DNA from: an archaeon
Lineage (GTDB): Archaea > SpSt-1190 > DYHY01
DNA: 64,000 bases
NCBI GenBank assembly: GCA_037442745.1
Contig: JBBIPP010000010.1
Coordinates: 49 to 64,048, forward strand
Reading direction: 5' to 3'
Part shown: positions 41,521 to 51,757 of the stretch, piece by piece
Position numbering within the stretch: position 1 is the stretch's first letter
Layout of the letters: every line of letters starts with the position of its first letter
The notes under the pieces: model-generated
What the model was told of the DNA's origin: nothing
What the model saw: the letters and a program-made list of their open reading frames with translations, nothing else
The model's database searches: none
Program-made: the position numbers and the translations under genes

Positions 41521-43416
41521 ATGGCCAAGTCTTCTAAGATACCAAAAACGGAGTCGGACATTCTCCTTATAAAGGACCTTCCGAAAACAACTGCCGAGAT
41601 TCCAGTTCCGAAATCAATTATTGAGCAGGTAATTGGCCAGGACAAGGCGGCCGAAATTATGAGAAAAGCAGCATCCCAGCGAAGGCATGTTCTCCTTATT
41701 GGGGAACCGGGGATTGGAAAGTCCCTTCTGGCTCAGGGAATGGCTGAACTTATTCCGAAAGAGGAGCTGGAGGACATTGTCGTCCTCCCGAACACCCTTG
41801 ACGAGAACACCCCGATTGTCAGGAAAATGCGGGCAGGCCACGGGAAAATCCTCCTTGAGCGGGCAATGAGTGAAGTGAAGAATGTTGAAGGGGTTAGGCG
41901 AACCCTTTTCCTCGTTCTCTTCGGCGCAATTGCGGCAATTACCGGATACTATTTCATTGTCCAGCAGCAGCCACTGATTCTTTTCGGGGGAATAACCGCA
42001 TCAGTCTTCCTCCTGATGGGAATGCAGTATACAAAGAGGGCGAAGAATGTAATCAACGTCCCGAAAGTGATTATTTCAAGGAGGCGGATTGACGACGCCC
42101 CGTTCATTGACGCCACCGGCTCCTATGCGGGAGCGCTTTTGGGGGATGTACGGCACGACCCATTCCAGTCGGGTGGGTTGGAAACTCCTGCGCACGAGCG
42201 GGTGGAACCAGGAGCAATACACAGGGCGCACAAGGGCGTCTTGTTCATTGACGAGGTCGCTACTCTGACAAGAAGGACGCAAATTGAGCTCTTGACAGCA
42301 ATGCAGGAGAAGAAATATGCGATTTCCGGGAAATCCGAGCGTTCATCCGGGAGCATGGTCAAGACAGAACCAGTCCCTTGCGATTTCGTCCTAGTTGCCG
42401 CCGGAAACCTTCCGACTCTCGGGACAATGAACCCAGCTCTCAGGTCAAGGATACGTGGGTATGGCTATGAGGTCTATATGGAGGACACAATGCCAGACAC
42501 TCCGGAGAACGAGGCTCTACTAGTGAAATTCATTGCGCAGGAGGTTGCAAAGGACGGGAAAATACCCTCGTTTGACTCTTCGGCAATCAAGGATATAATT
42601 ATTGAAGCCAGGAGGCGGGCCGGACGAAAGAACCACTTGACTCTCAAGCTCAGGGAACTAGGCGGGCTAGTAAGGGCTGCAGGGGACGTTGCCAAGACCA
42701 AGGGGGCGCGGATTGTCTCCTCTGAACATGTCTCAGTTGCAAAGAAGCTTGCGACAACCCTCGAACAGCAGGTTGCTGTGAAATTCACTGAGAAGAAAAA
42801 GGAATATCAGGTAATTCTCAATTCAGGGGCAATTGTTGGGCGTGTTAACGGCCTTGCGGTAATTGGGACTGATTCGGCAATAGTTCTTCCAATTGAGGCG
42901 GAGGCAACTCCCGGAGGAAGGAAACGGGACATTGTCGCAACAGGGAAACTTGGGGAAATTGCGAAAGAGGCAATAAAGAACGTCAACGCAGTTGTGAGGA
43001 AGCTCTACGGGAAGAACATTGAGAAATCCAACGATCTTTATGTCCAGTTCCTCCAGACTTATGAGGGAGTTGAAGGGGACTCGGCCTCTGTCGCAGTTGC
43101 AACCGCAATAATTTCGGCATTCAGAAAGGAGGCGGTAGATCAGTCGGTTGCAATGACTGGCTCACTTTCAGTCCGAGGAGAAGTCCTTCCAATAGGGGGG
43201 GTTACTCCAAAGGTTGAGGCTGCAATTGCCGCAGGAATTGCTTCTGTAATTATTCCGGAATCGAACCTGAGGGACCTCATTCTCTCGGAAGAGGACAGGA
43301 AGAAAATCAGGATAATTCCGGTGAAAAGGATTGAAGATGTCCTAAAGCACGCATTTGTCAAGAAAGGGAAGATTCTTCCGGGAGTTTCAAGTGTTGCAAA
43401 GCCCGCAATAGCCTGA
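41521..43416 (+). CDS. lonB: Archaeal membrane-anchored ATP-dependent protease LonB
   Basis: GEPGIGKS, two TM helices, [26 protein letters not shown] catalytic Ser, GGVTPK. Confidence 0.96.
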   Translation: MAKSSKIPKTESDILLIKDLPKTTAEIPVPKSIIEQVIGQDKAAEIMRKAASQRRHVLLIGEPGIGKSLLAQGMAELIPKEELEDIVVLPNTLDENTPIVRKMRAGHGKILLERAMSEVKNVEGVRRTLFLVLFGAIAAITGYYFIVQQQPLILFGGITASVFLLMGMQYTKRAKNVINVPKVIISRRRIDDAPFIDATGSYAGALLGDVRHDPFQSGGLETPAHERVEPGAIHRAHKGVLFIDEVATLTRRTQIELLTAMQEKKYAISGKSERSSGSMVKTEPVPCDFVLVAAGNLPTLGTMNPALRSRIRGYGYEVYMEDTMPDTPENEALLVKFIAQEVAKDGKIPSFDSSAIKDIIIEARRRAGRKNHLTLKLRELGGLVRAAGDVAKTKGARIVSSEHVSVAKKLATTLEQQVAVKFTEKKKEYQVILNSGAIVGRVNGLAVIGTDSAIVLPIEAEATPGGRKRDIVATGKLGEIAKEAIKNVNAVVRKLYGKNIEKSNDLYVQFLQTYEGVEGDSASVAVATAIISAFRKEAVDQSVAMTGSLSVRGEVLPIGGVTPKVEAAIAAGIASVIIPESNLRDLILSEEDRKKIRIIPVKRIEDVLKHAFVKKGKILPGVSSVAKPAIA

Positions 43417-43479
43417 TTTCAAGAAATTTCGCCCGAATAAAATCCGGGAAAAGGGAATCGAGTTTCCCGGAAAAACCCA

Positions 43480-43878
43480 TTAGAACCTGAACGGGCTTCT
43501 CGGATATCCACCAATTTGTTGCTGCTGTTGTGGGGCAGGAGCCGGAGCTGAGGGCGCTTGAGAGGGCATTTGGGCTGAAGGAATTTCGTCATGTCCCCCT
43601 TCCTGCATATCTTCAGTGTCTTCCTGGGCGCGACCGAGCTCAATATTCTGGGAAATTATCACAATATCCCCTATTGCCCGGACCGCCTTGTGCGGGACAA
43701 TTACTGCCCTGACATTCGAGAGAGCTTCCCGGAGCATTGACTGGGGAGTTGACTTTATTACCCAGCCATGTATCATGAATTTTCCGAGAACAACGTCAGA
43801 GACTTTGCCGAAATAGGCGCCTGCATCTGTGAAAACATCCTTGTCATACATTTCTGAGATTTTCATTATTGTTGCCAT
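43480..43878 (-). CDS. PRC-barrel domain protein with low-complexity Pro/Gln tail
   Basis: V.T..G.Y.G.V.DV and IVPH.AVRAIGDIVII. Confidence 0.85.
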   Translation of the reverse strand: MATIMKISEMYDKDVFTDAGAYFGKVSDVVLGKFMIHGWVIKSTPQSMLREALSNVRAVIVPHKAVRAIGDIVIISQNIELGRAQEDTEDMQEGGHDEIPSAQMPSQAPSAPAPAPQQQQQIGGYPRSPFRF

Positions 43879-43996
43879 GTCGGGATTAGGGTATTCCGGA
43901 TTATATATAACTTTTCTGGCTAATTCAAGGCTTTAAACCCGGTTTTATCCCCTTTGAAATATTTTAAACACTGGAAATTCCCAGAGTTTCAGGGAA

Positions 43997-44809
43997 ATGG
44001 GAATAATAAGGTCAACTACGGAAGCTTTAAATAGGAACCTTTTCAAAGTGGTTAATAAAATGACATTAGTGAAGGCAAAACCGGTTGTTGTCGGAATCTC
44101 GTCCTTTTCCGGCGCTGGAACCTCGACAGCTGTTGAGAATGTCGCGGAAATCCTTAGGGAACGGGGCCAGACTGTTGAGACTCTTAACTACACTTTTACA
44201 AATTTATCCCAGGATCTAGGGATCGGCTTTGACGAGTTCAGGAAATTGGCTGAAAAGGACGAAACATATGATTTCGGAATAGACCTCCTAATCAGAAGGC
44301 GGGCGGAAAAAGCCCTCTCAGAAGGAAAATCAGTTGTCGCAGGCTCGAGAATTGCCGACTGGGCTCTTGGCGGGATTGCCGACCTTTATGTCTGGATTGA
44401 TCTCGACTCCGAGATCCGGGCCGGAAGAATTTATCAAAGGGAGAAGGAAATCTGGGCCGGAAAAGTCAAGGGAGCCAAGCCGAGATATAATGAAGGGGTC
44501 TCTCTCGAGGAAATCAAGGAGAAATCGGATTCGAGGGACGCAGACGACCTAGCGAGATACAAGAGGCTCTATGGAATTGACCTCAACGACAATTCCTTCT
44601 GCAACCTCGTCCTCAACAGCGGAAAGGACGGGCCGGAGGAAATTGCAACGAAGATTTATTCAAAGCTTACCGAGAGGATAGGCTCCCCGAAATCTGGGGA
44701 AGACAGATGGAAGAAAATAGAGGCTGTCGCATCCAAGAAATATTCATCAATTGAGGAGAAAATGGGGAAGGTTTTCGAGAAATACGGCGTATCTGTGAGA
44801 GGCAATTGA
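43997..44809 (+). CDS. cmk: Cytidylate kinase-like protein (archaeal type)
   Basis: ISSFSGAGTST P-loop, D..ID, SRIA.W, RAGRI..RE, D..RY..LYGID. Confidence 0.8.
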   Translation: MGIIRSTTEALNRNLFKVVNKMTLVKAKPVVVGISSFSGAGTSTAVENVAEILRERGQTVETLNYTFTNLSQDLGIGFDEFRKLAEKDETYDFGIDLLIRRRAEKALSEGKSVVAGSRIADWALGGIADLYVWIDLDSEIRAGRIYQREKEIWAGKVKGAKPRYNEGVSLEEIKEKSDSRDADDLARYKRLYGIDLNDNSFCNLVLNSGKDGPEEIATKIYSKLTERIGSPKSGEDRWKKIEAVASKKYSSIEEKMGKVFEKYGVSVRGN

Positions 44810-44837
44810 TTTAATCCCCCTCCCCAGTTCTCCGGGA

Positions 44838-45494
44838 ATGCCCCCAAAAGAGCTCTTCATTCTCCCAATATCCCACATTGCCCCAGAGAGCAGGAGCCGT
44901 GTCCGGGAGGAAATGAACCGGATTGCCCCAGACATTCTCGCAATTGAGCTTGACCCGCAGAGGCTGATTGCCCTCTTGGAGGAGAGGCGGACAGGGAAAA
45001 GAAGGGAGAATTTTTCCCTGTTCCACCTGAGGGAGTTCATTCTCGTGTTCGTCCTCTCAAAAGTCCAGAAATTCCTTGCTGAGAAAATTTCCCAGGTTCC
45101 AGGAGAGGAGTTCCTCGTTGGTATAGATTCCGCGGTCGAAAGAAGAATTCCGGTTGCTCTTGTTGACCGGGACATTTCAGTTACTGTAAAGCGCCTCTTG
45201 TCGGAACTGAAGCTCTCAGTAATCGGAAAACTCCTCTGGTTCTCCCTGTTCGGCAAGGGGGGAAAAATCGAGATTGACATTGCAAGGGTTCCGGATGAGA
45301 GGATTGTAAGAAAGCTCCTTTTCCAGCTGAAAAGGGAATTCCCGGGCATTTACAAGGCATTGGTTTCCGAGAGGGATGCTTTTATTGCCGGAGAAATCGG
45401 GAAAATCCCGGAGGAAAAGCGGGTTCTCCTAATAGTCGGAGCGGCGCACGTCCAAGGGCTCCGGAGGAAATTTCCGGAAGCAAAAATCTTATAG
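44838..45494 (+). CDS. TraB/GumN family protein
   Basis: SHIA..S, PD..AIELD..R, PGEEF, LVDRDI, LV.ERD, VGAAHV.G. Confidence 0.88.
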   Translation: MPPKELFILPISHIAPESRSRVREEMNRIAPDILAIELDPQRLIALLEERRTGKRRENFSLFHLREFILVFVLSKVQKFLAEKISQVPGEEFLVGIDSAVERRIPVALVDRDISVTVKRLLSELKLSVIGKLLWFSLFGKGGKIEIDIARVPDERIVRKLLFQLKREFPGIYKALVSERDAFIAGEIGKIPEEKRVLLIVGAAHVQGLRRKFPEAKIL

Positions 45495-45511
45495 CCGGGG
45501 AATTCTCCCCC

Positions 45512-46174
45512 TTGCCAATGTTCAGGAAAAAAAAAGTGGGCGCCTTCCTCGGTTCCGGAAAATTCCTGTTCTCCCTCACAGAAATCTGGCAGTTGCTTTT
45601 CTCAGCGCTAGTAATATCCGTAATATTCGCATATCCATATCCGGCCTGCTCCGGCCTCTCAGACACTTCCTGCATTGCGCTCTCGACAGCCCTCCTCTTC
45701 CTGATAGTGGGTTCCGCCTTCATTGTCCACGAATCTAGCCACAAATTGACTGCCCAGTATTTCGGCGTATGGAGCGAATACCGTATGTGGGCGGAAGGAC
45801 TTGTTCTCGCTCTCGTAATGAAAATCTTGGCGGGCTTCTCCTTCATTGCCCCGGGAGCAGCATATTTCGAGCCATACAAGAGGAAGGGCTCCTTCTCGGC
45901 GTTCTTTGCCGAGAACTATCTGACAAAGGACGAGATCGGGAAAATCGGCCTTGCTGGCCCATTGTCAAATGTTGTCCTCGCCCTCATGTTCTTTGCTCTT
46001 TCTCCTTTCCTCGGCCAAATTGCACATGCAGGAATTGAGATAAACCTTGCCCTTGCAATGTTTAACCTTATTCCTATACACCCGATTGACGGGGCGAAAA
46101 TATTCTCCTGGAGCTGGCAAGTCTGGCTCGCGCTCCTTGGGACTGTTTTCGCTTTCCAGTTCTTCCTCTACTAG
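45512..46174 (+). CDS. Site-2 (M50) intramembrane metalloprotease
   Basis: HESSH, APGA, AGPLSN, FNLIP..P.DG. Confidence 0.92.
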   Translation: MPMFRKKKVGAFLGSGKFLFSLTEIWQLLFSALVISVIFAYPYPACSGLSDTSCIALSTALLFLIVGSAFIVHESSHKLTAQYFGVWSEYRMWAEGLVLALVMKILAGFSFIAPGAAYFEPYKRKGSFSAFFAENYLTKDEIGKIGLAGPLSNVVLALMFFALSPFLGQIAHAGIEINLALAMFNLIPIHPIDGAKIFSWSWQVWLALLGTVFAFQFFLY

Positions 46175-46759
46175 TTCCTTGGATATCCGGAATTGGGAGC
46201 AGTCCTGAGCGTTTTCCCCCTTTCGGAAGATTATTCGGAGAACCGGACAGCTGCCACGACATTCTTCTCGCCTGAGTAAGACGTCGAGAGAGCCTCCATT
46301 ATTCCGACAATTACTAGCCAGCCCTTTGTAAGAATGCCCTTTCTTTTGCCGAGACCTCGAGCCCGTCCTCTTCCCTGTAGAAATCGGGGAAATTGTCGAG
46401 CTTCTTTTTCAGGTGGGAGAATCTTATTCCTTTCAGTTCGGCGAGCGTAATGAAACTGGGCGAATCGAACAGCCCGCTTACCCCCTAGAAAACCTCCCGG
46501 ACATACTCGCTTGCTTCCTCAAGAATACCCCTCACTCCCGCGACAGGGGAAAAGCCGGCATAGTTCCTGACTCCGAAGAAGAGCCAGAACAGGTTATATT
46601 GCCTCCCATCGTTCCCGAGATAATCTATTCCGTATCTTTCAACCTGTAGATTTCAAGTGAAGGATGTTAAGAATTAGGCTGTTTTAACATAGGAATTTAG
46701 CGAATTCGAATTTTTGGGGGATTGAGAGAGACAGGCAACCAAGAAAATTCCGACAACCA

Positions 46760-46816
46760 AGTGAGCAATTTGGGAAACTGAAGTGCAACGAGGTTTCCGC
46801 ACAAGCCCCGTTAAGT
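46760..46816 (-). other. attC-like half site (distal)
   Basis: Minus strand ACTTAAC (RYYYAAC) followed by ggggcttgtgcggaaac...gtttcccaaattgc arm; partner arm missing. Confidence 0.45.
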
Positions 46817-47089
46817 GACCCGAACGGAACGAAGTTGAGTGAGAATGCAATGTGGTCGAGGAGAAGCGACGAAGAAGTTTTGTTTTTGAGAATATATAGT
46901 TTCGAACGAAGTGAGCGTAAAATTAAAAGCCTCTATCGTTTAGGTGAATTAAGTTCAGCAGAGTCTCCAATTCCACACATACCAATATCGATTATTGCAA
47001 GAAGTAAACCAAAATCCTTATTAAATTCTGCTTTGTAAGGCAAGTCTCCCAATCGGCCTAAATATCTTCCAGAAAACGCATCGGATTTT

Positions 47090-47185
47090 GATTTTTCCAA
47101 TTGATATGCCAAGTTTGCCAACTTTTGGAGAAGCCAAAAACTTGGAAAAATCGCAGGGGTTTCCCCCATTAATCGCTGTTAGAAG
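47090..47185 (-). other. attC-like truncated hairpin downstream of sua5
   Basis: Minus strand TTCTAAC-agcgattaatgggg followed by nested inverted repeats gatttttccaa...ttggaaaaatc and ccaagttt...aaacttgg. Confidence 0.5.
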
Positions 47186-47353
47186 TCCTGAACGAAGCGA
47201 AAGCCAGCAGGGCGCGGCAAAATTTCCGGAAGAAATTTTGAGTTTAGAATTCGGCGGTGGCGGGACGCCACGATTTTTATAAAAAAGAGTGGTTGCTTTG
47301 GATGATATCTGCCGAAGGCACCATATGTCCGAAGAATGGGGCAGGGGATTTTT

Positions 47354-48280
47354 TCAATGTTTATACATTTTTCCAGCTTTCTTCAATCTATTCATTATTG
47401 CAACTCCCAAACCTTTTTCTTGAATTGATTTTATTATTATAATGTCAAACCCCTTTTTGTCACATTCTCTAAAATCCCTGAATAAATTGCTCGCCATATT
47501 GATTTCATTCGGATAATCCAAAACTCTTATCTTTTTATAAAAGTATTTTCTGAGAACCTCCCCAAGTTCTTTGTTATTTCTTATGATAATAACTTTTGCA
47601 TTAGGCGAATAATGCCTATATTTCATCCCGGGAGACATCGGCCTTTTTGATTTTATATTGTATCTAACATTTCCTATAACTTGCTCTAATTGTTCTTTTG
47701 TAATCTTACCTGGCCTTAAAATTTGAGGAATTTTTTGAGTTAAATTCAGAACTGTCGATTCTATTCCAATTTTACATTTTCGAGCTTTAATAATTCCCGC
47801 TATTTTACCATTAAAATCTTCATAAACGTGCTCAAAACAAGTCCCAGAGGGTTTTCCAGAAATATTTGCTGAGGGAGCTGCAATAGGACAATCGGAGTTT
47901 TTTATCAATTCCAATGAAATCTTATTTTTTGGCATTCTTATTGCAACCGTATTTAATTCAGCAGTCACATTTTTTGGAACAATTTTTTTCTTTCTCAAAA
48001 TAATGGTTAACGGACCGGGCCAGAATTTTTTAACTATTTTTTTGGCCAAAGGGGTTAAATAAGCTATTTTTTCAACCTGTTTTATGCCGCTAACATGAAT
48101 TATTAAAGGATTATCAGAGGGTCGTCCTTTTACAGAAAAAATTTTATTAACTGCCTTAGGATTTAATGCATTTGCTCCTAATCCATAAACAGTTTCGGTT
48201 GGAAAAGCGACTAATTTCCCTTCTCTGATTAGCTCCCCAGCTTCTTTTAATTGTCTTGAATTAAATATTTTCGTTTTCAT
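47354..48280 (-). CDS. sua5: Threonylcarbamoyl-AMP synthase Sua5/TsaC2
   Basis: FPTETVYGLGA, KGRP.DNPLI.H, WPGPLT, APSANISG.PS, SPGMKYRHY.P, AIMNRL.KA. Confidence 0.96.
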   Translation of the reverse strand: MKTKIFNSRQLKEAGELIREGKLVAFPTETVYGLGANALNPKAVNKIFSVKGRPSDNPLIIHVSGIKQVEKIAYLTPLAKKIVKKFWPGPLTIILRKKKIVPKNVTAELNTVAIRMPKNKISLELIKNSDCPIAAPSANISGKPSGTCFEHVYEDFNGKIAGIIKARKCKIGIESTVLNLTQKIPQILRPGKITKEQLEQVIGNVRYNIKSKRPMSPGMKYRHYSPNAKVIIIRNNKELGEVLRKYFYKKIRVLDYPNEINMASNLFRDFRECDKKGFDIIIIKSIQEKGLGVAIMNRLKKAGKMYKH

Positions 48281-48357
48281 ATTTACTAATCTCTTTCGCA
48301 ACAGATAAAAAATCGGTTAAGATAATTGCAGGATTTATCCCTTCTAATCTCAGCCAA

Positions 48358-48618
48358 TCAAAAATGTTCTCTGCCATGCCAGCTAAGATAAACTGCTCTG
48401 CATCCGGCATTTCTACCAATAACTTTATCAGAAGGGCGGTCTCCTATTACCAACAAGGTAAGCAAATTAATACAATACCTCGAAACAATTTTTCCCATGT
48501 TCTTTATACTTGGTTTTTTGCATTCGCAGTTTTCAATAATTCCCAAATCTTCCGATTTATGAACACAACAATCTTCAATCATTTTTCCATCTCCACCCAA
48601 GAATATTGCCCTTTTCAT
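48358..48618 (-). pseudogene. GmhB/HisB-like HAD phosphatase remnant with internal deletion
   Basis: RAIFLGGDG (degenerate FLDRDG), CECKKP, IGDR.SD...G.NAGC; middle of the domain missing. Confidence 0.7.
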
Positions 48619-48848
48619 TTCAAACTCTTTTAAAATTTACCAACTTTTTCGCAGAAATAAACTTATTTATAAATCTAATTACTTTTTCCGATAAAAATTA
48701 TCCCAAAATCTTTGATTAGCACACGCCAGTTTTCGTTAAGAAAAATCTTTGGGTGTAGCGAAGCGAAACAGCTTAACAAAGGTTAGATCTGTTTGCGAAG
48801 CAAACCAAGTTTTCGTTTTTTTCGTTTCGTAGCGAGTGGGCAAATTGC

Positions 48849-48855
48849 ACCTAAC
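48849..48855 (-). other. Putative attI-like core site GTTAGGT
   Basis: GTTRRRY match located between the recombinase 5' end and divergently oriented cargo genes. Confidence 0.45.
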
Positions 48856-48959
48856 ATAGCTTAAACGCAACATTATTACGCTTAATTCTTGATTTCAATG
48901 CAAAATACGAAATTTTATGAATAATGTTCGTTTTCTTTTTCTTACGATAGTTAATTGAT

Positions 48960-49715
48960 TGTTGGCTCAAACATAAGCACTAATTGTTCAAGAATGTAAG
49001 CTCGAGGGCTATTCTAAAAAGACTACGGATTCGTATTTATTTCACATAAATAAATACATTCTGTCCGGCAAACCAACTCTGGACTTTCCTCTCAAGCTTA
49101 TGAATAATGAATGCTTCGATGAAACCTTAAGAGACGCAGGATTTGCAATAAAATTTTACTTATACTCTAAGTAAAGATAGTTCACAAATTCAGAATTCGC
49201 TTGACAATCTTCCAAACGTGAAACGCGAGAAAAAGTTGCCAGTCATTTTGTCAAAAGAAGAAATCGGAAAACTTATATGGGTCACAAAAAATATCAATCA
49301 TTGTTTAATTATGCAAACCGGTTATTCGGCAGGACTTCAAGTGAAATTATTAACCTCCAGCGGCAAGACATTGACTTACAGAAACCTCACCAATCCGAAG
49401 AGAGCAAAAGGGAAAAATATAGAATAGCGATTCTTTCACAAAAAGTAAAAGACGGGCCACATAATTTATCTCAAGAAAAATCAAGACGTGTCTTTCAAAC
49501 TAATAGATGCGGGAAATATACTCAAAGAACCATACAAAAAATAATGGAAAACGCCACAAACCCTAAGACATTCTTTTGCTCCCAACCTGCCGGAAAATGG
49601 CGCCGATATTGTGTAAATAAGAGATTTGCTAGGAAATCCGGATATCAGTACAACTCTAATCTATACAAAGGTTTCAAACAAAGACCTCTCAAAAATAAAA
49701 AGTCCACTAGATCAA
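48960..49715 (+). pseudogene. Tyrosine recombinase / integron-integrase-like pseudogene
   Basis: GYSKKT..SY, KKLPVILSKEEI, YSAGL, SEIINL...DID, YTQRTIQKI, LLG..DISTT.IYT.VS...L.KIKSPLD spread over several frames. Confidence 0.85.
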
Positions 49716-49861
49716 TTTTTCTTTTTCTTAGGTATGTTCCAGTATGGGCTTTTGCATTTTGGGCAGATTCTTGGATCTTCTTTTACTTTTACTCTTGGTA
49801 TCCATTCGTGTTTGCATCGTTCACATCGAAATCCCGGAACTTTAACGATTATCTTAGCCAT
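49712..49861 (-). CDS. Small CxxC...CxxC zinc-ribbon protein (49 aa)
   Basis: GFRCERCKHEWIPR...PRICPKCKSPYWN; divergent from the transposase remnant. Confidence 0.75.
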   Translation of the reverse strand: MAKIIVKVPGFRCERCKHEWIPRVKVKEDPRICPKCKSPYWNIPKKKKN

Positions 49862-49998
49862 GCGAGTGAGAAAACAGCTCATCCACATAAAATTTCTCGT
49901 AAAAGCTATACTTCTATGCGTAATAAACGACAAGATTTGTATATAAGACGGCCTTTTTTGAGTTATGCCTGTATAAGTAGGTAATTTAAGGCATTTAC

Positions 49999-50874
49999 TA
50001 TGGAAAATCAATAAGAAAACTGCCGGACTGTCCTGTCTGCAAAAGCAAAAGTCAGAAAAGACAGCGCAAGAAAAAAGCTGCTTGAAAACAAGAAAGATGG
50101 TTTTGCAAAGCTTGTGGAAAGCGTTGGGTTAATTCTCCAATCATAAACATTAGGGAGATCCTAAAACAGCAGTTACTTTTATGGATTTGTACATGAAAGG
50201 CGTTAGCTATCGTTCAATTGCAGACAATTTAAAGCAAATTTACGGAATTGAAGTAAGTTACATCACAGTTATGAACTGGGTAAACACTTATTTTTCAAGA
50301 ATCGCTCAATTTGCCAAGTCCATGAAACCTCAAGCAAGAGATTGTTGGCTTGCGGACAAACAATTTATCAAAGGCAATCGGCAATGCGTTTTGAATGTCT
50401 TGGACAACAAAACAAGATTTCTTCTAGCAAGTAACGCAAGTAAAACAAAAACTTGCGATTATGCCAGAAGAACATTCAAGAGAGCAAAGAAAACTGCTGG
50501 CAAGAAAGCAAAGACGGTGATTGCTGACAGCTCATTCAACTATTCAAAAGCAGTAAAAAATGAATTTGCAAATTATCAAAATCCTAAACCACACAAGCGT
50601 TACGTTTAGGGCAAAAAATCAGGAAATAATAACAAAGTAGGGGTGTTTCCATGAAAAATTAAGGCAAAGAGACAAAGCGATGCGCGGATTCAAGGGAAAC
50701 CAAAAGCAATACACAGAGAACTTCCAAAAATACTACAACTTTGTAAGAAAGCATTCAAAGATTGGAATGACTCCGGCTCAAAAAGCAAAAATAGATCAAA
50801 AACCAGAATGGAAAGAACGCCTCATAAAAGCAATGCAAAGCCAAGTGCCTGAAGGACAAACAAGACTAGTGTAA
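49999..50874 (+). pseudogene. IS6-like DDE transposase pseudogene
   Basis: WFCKACGKR, G.S.R.I...L HTH, W.AD, D..TRFLLA, VIAD, YYNFVRKH...TPAQ.A; frameshifts and internal stops. Confidence 0.8.
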
Positions 50875-51144
50875 AACAGTGGACTCGTGCCAAGTCTATG
50901 AAGCAATTTACACTTGAAAATAGCTTGGACTTATATTTCTTTAAGATTAAACACTTGACTTTTCCAAAATTCCGATTATGTCCAATCCCCATTTCTGACT
51001 GTCTGTCTCACTGTCCGCCTTATTTTTTGCCAGCAGGTCTGCCTAATGGCTTCAATTTGGGCGGTTAGTCTCTCGGTTAGCTTCAATTTTTAGAATAATT
51101 TTTAGGTGTTCATTCTTCATTTCAGAGAATGTGTCTGAGACGGG

Positions 51145-51333
51145 GTTTCAATCTGACCAGCCCCAATTTCAGAGACGGCGTTTAAATATGGCTACTGCTA
51201 TTTTCAGATGGCTCGTTTCAAATTTCCACCAATCGTTTTAGACTGTTGGAAAGACCGTTTACATCAAAAACTCCCCTTCATTTTGACTACATGTTTGACT
51301 GCCGGTTTCAAATTAATAATCTGGATTTTGGAC
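51145..51333. repeat. Array of spaced GTTT(C/A)AA-N15-TTT(CAGA/AGAC/GGAC) sites
   Basis: Units start at 51145, 51180, 51215 (35-bp period) and 51305, each with a 15-nt variable spacer. Confidence 0.6.
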
Positions 51334-51575
51334 TGTTAGACTTAGAAAAAGCCGTTTTTGACGTTTTGACCTATCCACTTCCAGAACATCCGCAATTTAA
51401 CGGATAGGATTGACATCCACAAGGCGACCAATACGCTCTATTCCGAGAGCTGGCCTCAATCTGCAGGAATTGTCCCTGTACTCGCCCAAGCCGGAAATCC
51501 TAGTTACCGTCTCCGTTGATGCGAACAGGGCAATTGGTAAAAGTTTTAAACAATCCGGTTTTCAGGCTCTTCATA

Positions 51576-51740
51576 ATGGCATCCCCAAATGAAGGCAAGC
51601 TTCCCTTTGGAGGAGGGGGCTTTATGAGATATTCGGAAGACTTCAAGAGCGCCTTTGAGCTCACTCCAGAAACCGTTATTGCAATCTGCGGTGGAGTAAT
51701 TGTGCTTGAGCTAGTCCTCCGGTTCACTCTCAGGCCCTGA
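51576..51740 (+). CDS. secG: Preprotein translocase subunit Sec61beta/SecG
   Basis: P..GGG.MRY.E......L.PE.V + TM helix; 54 aa. Confidence 0.9.
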   Translation: MASPNEGKLPFGGGGFMRYSEDFKSAFELTPETVIAICGGVIVLELVLRFTLRP

Positions 51741-51757
51741 CAGGAAAAGTTTCCCGA

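Larger units (their letters stand above)
46650..51400. mobile_element. AT-rich genomic island: decayed integron-like element plus IS6-like remnant
   Basis: Abrupt drop in GC by eye; recombinase and transposase pseudogenes; recombination-site-like hairpins; broken ORFs at both flanks. Confidence 0.8.

Noticed and set aside
46174-46650. Possible gene on the minus strand at the island's left junction
   Set aside because: Multiple stops and frameshifts and no recognisable family; at most a disrupted host gene remnant.
51049-51370. Bona fide CRISPR array
   Set aside because: Only 7-nt arms are conserved, there is no 25-40-nt identical repeat, the 35-bp period leaves no room for spacers, and no cas genes are in the window.
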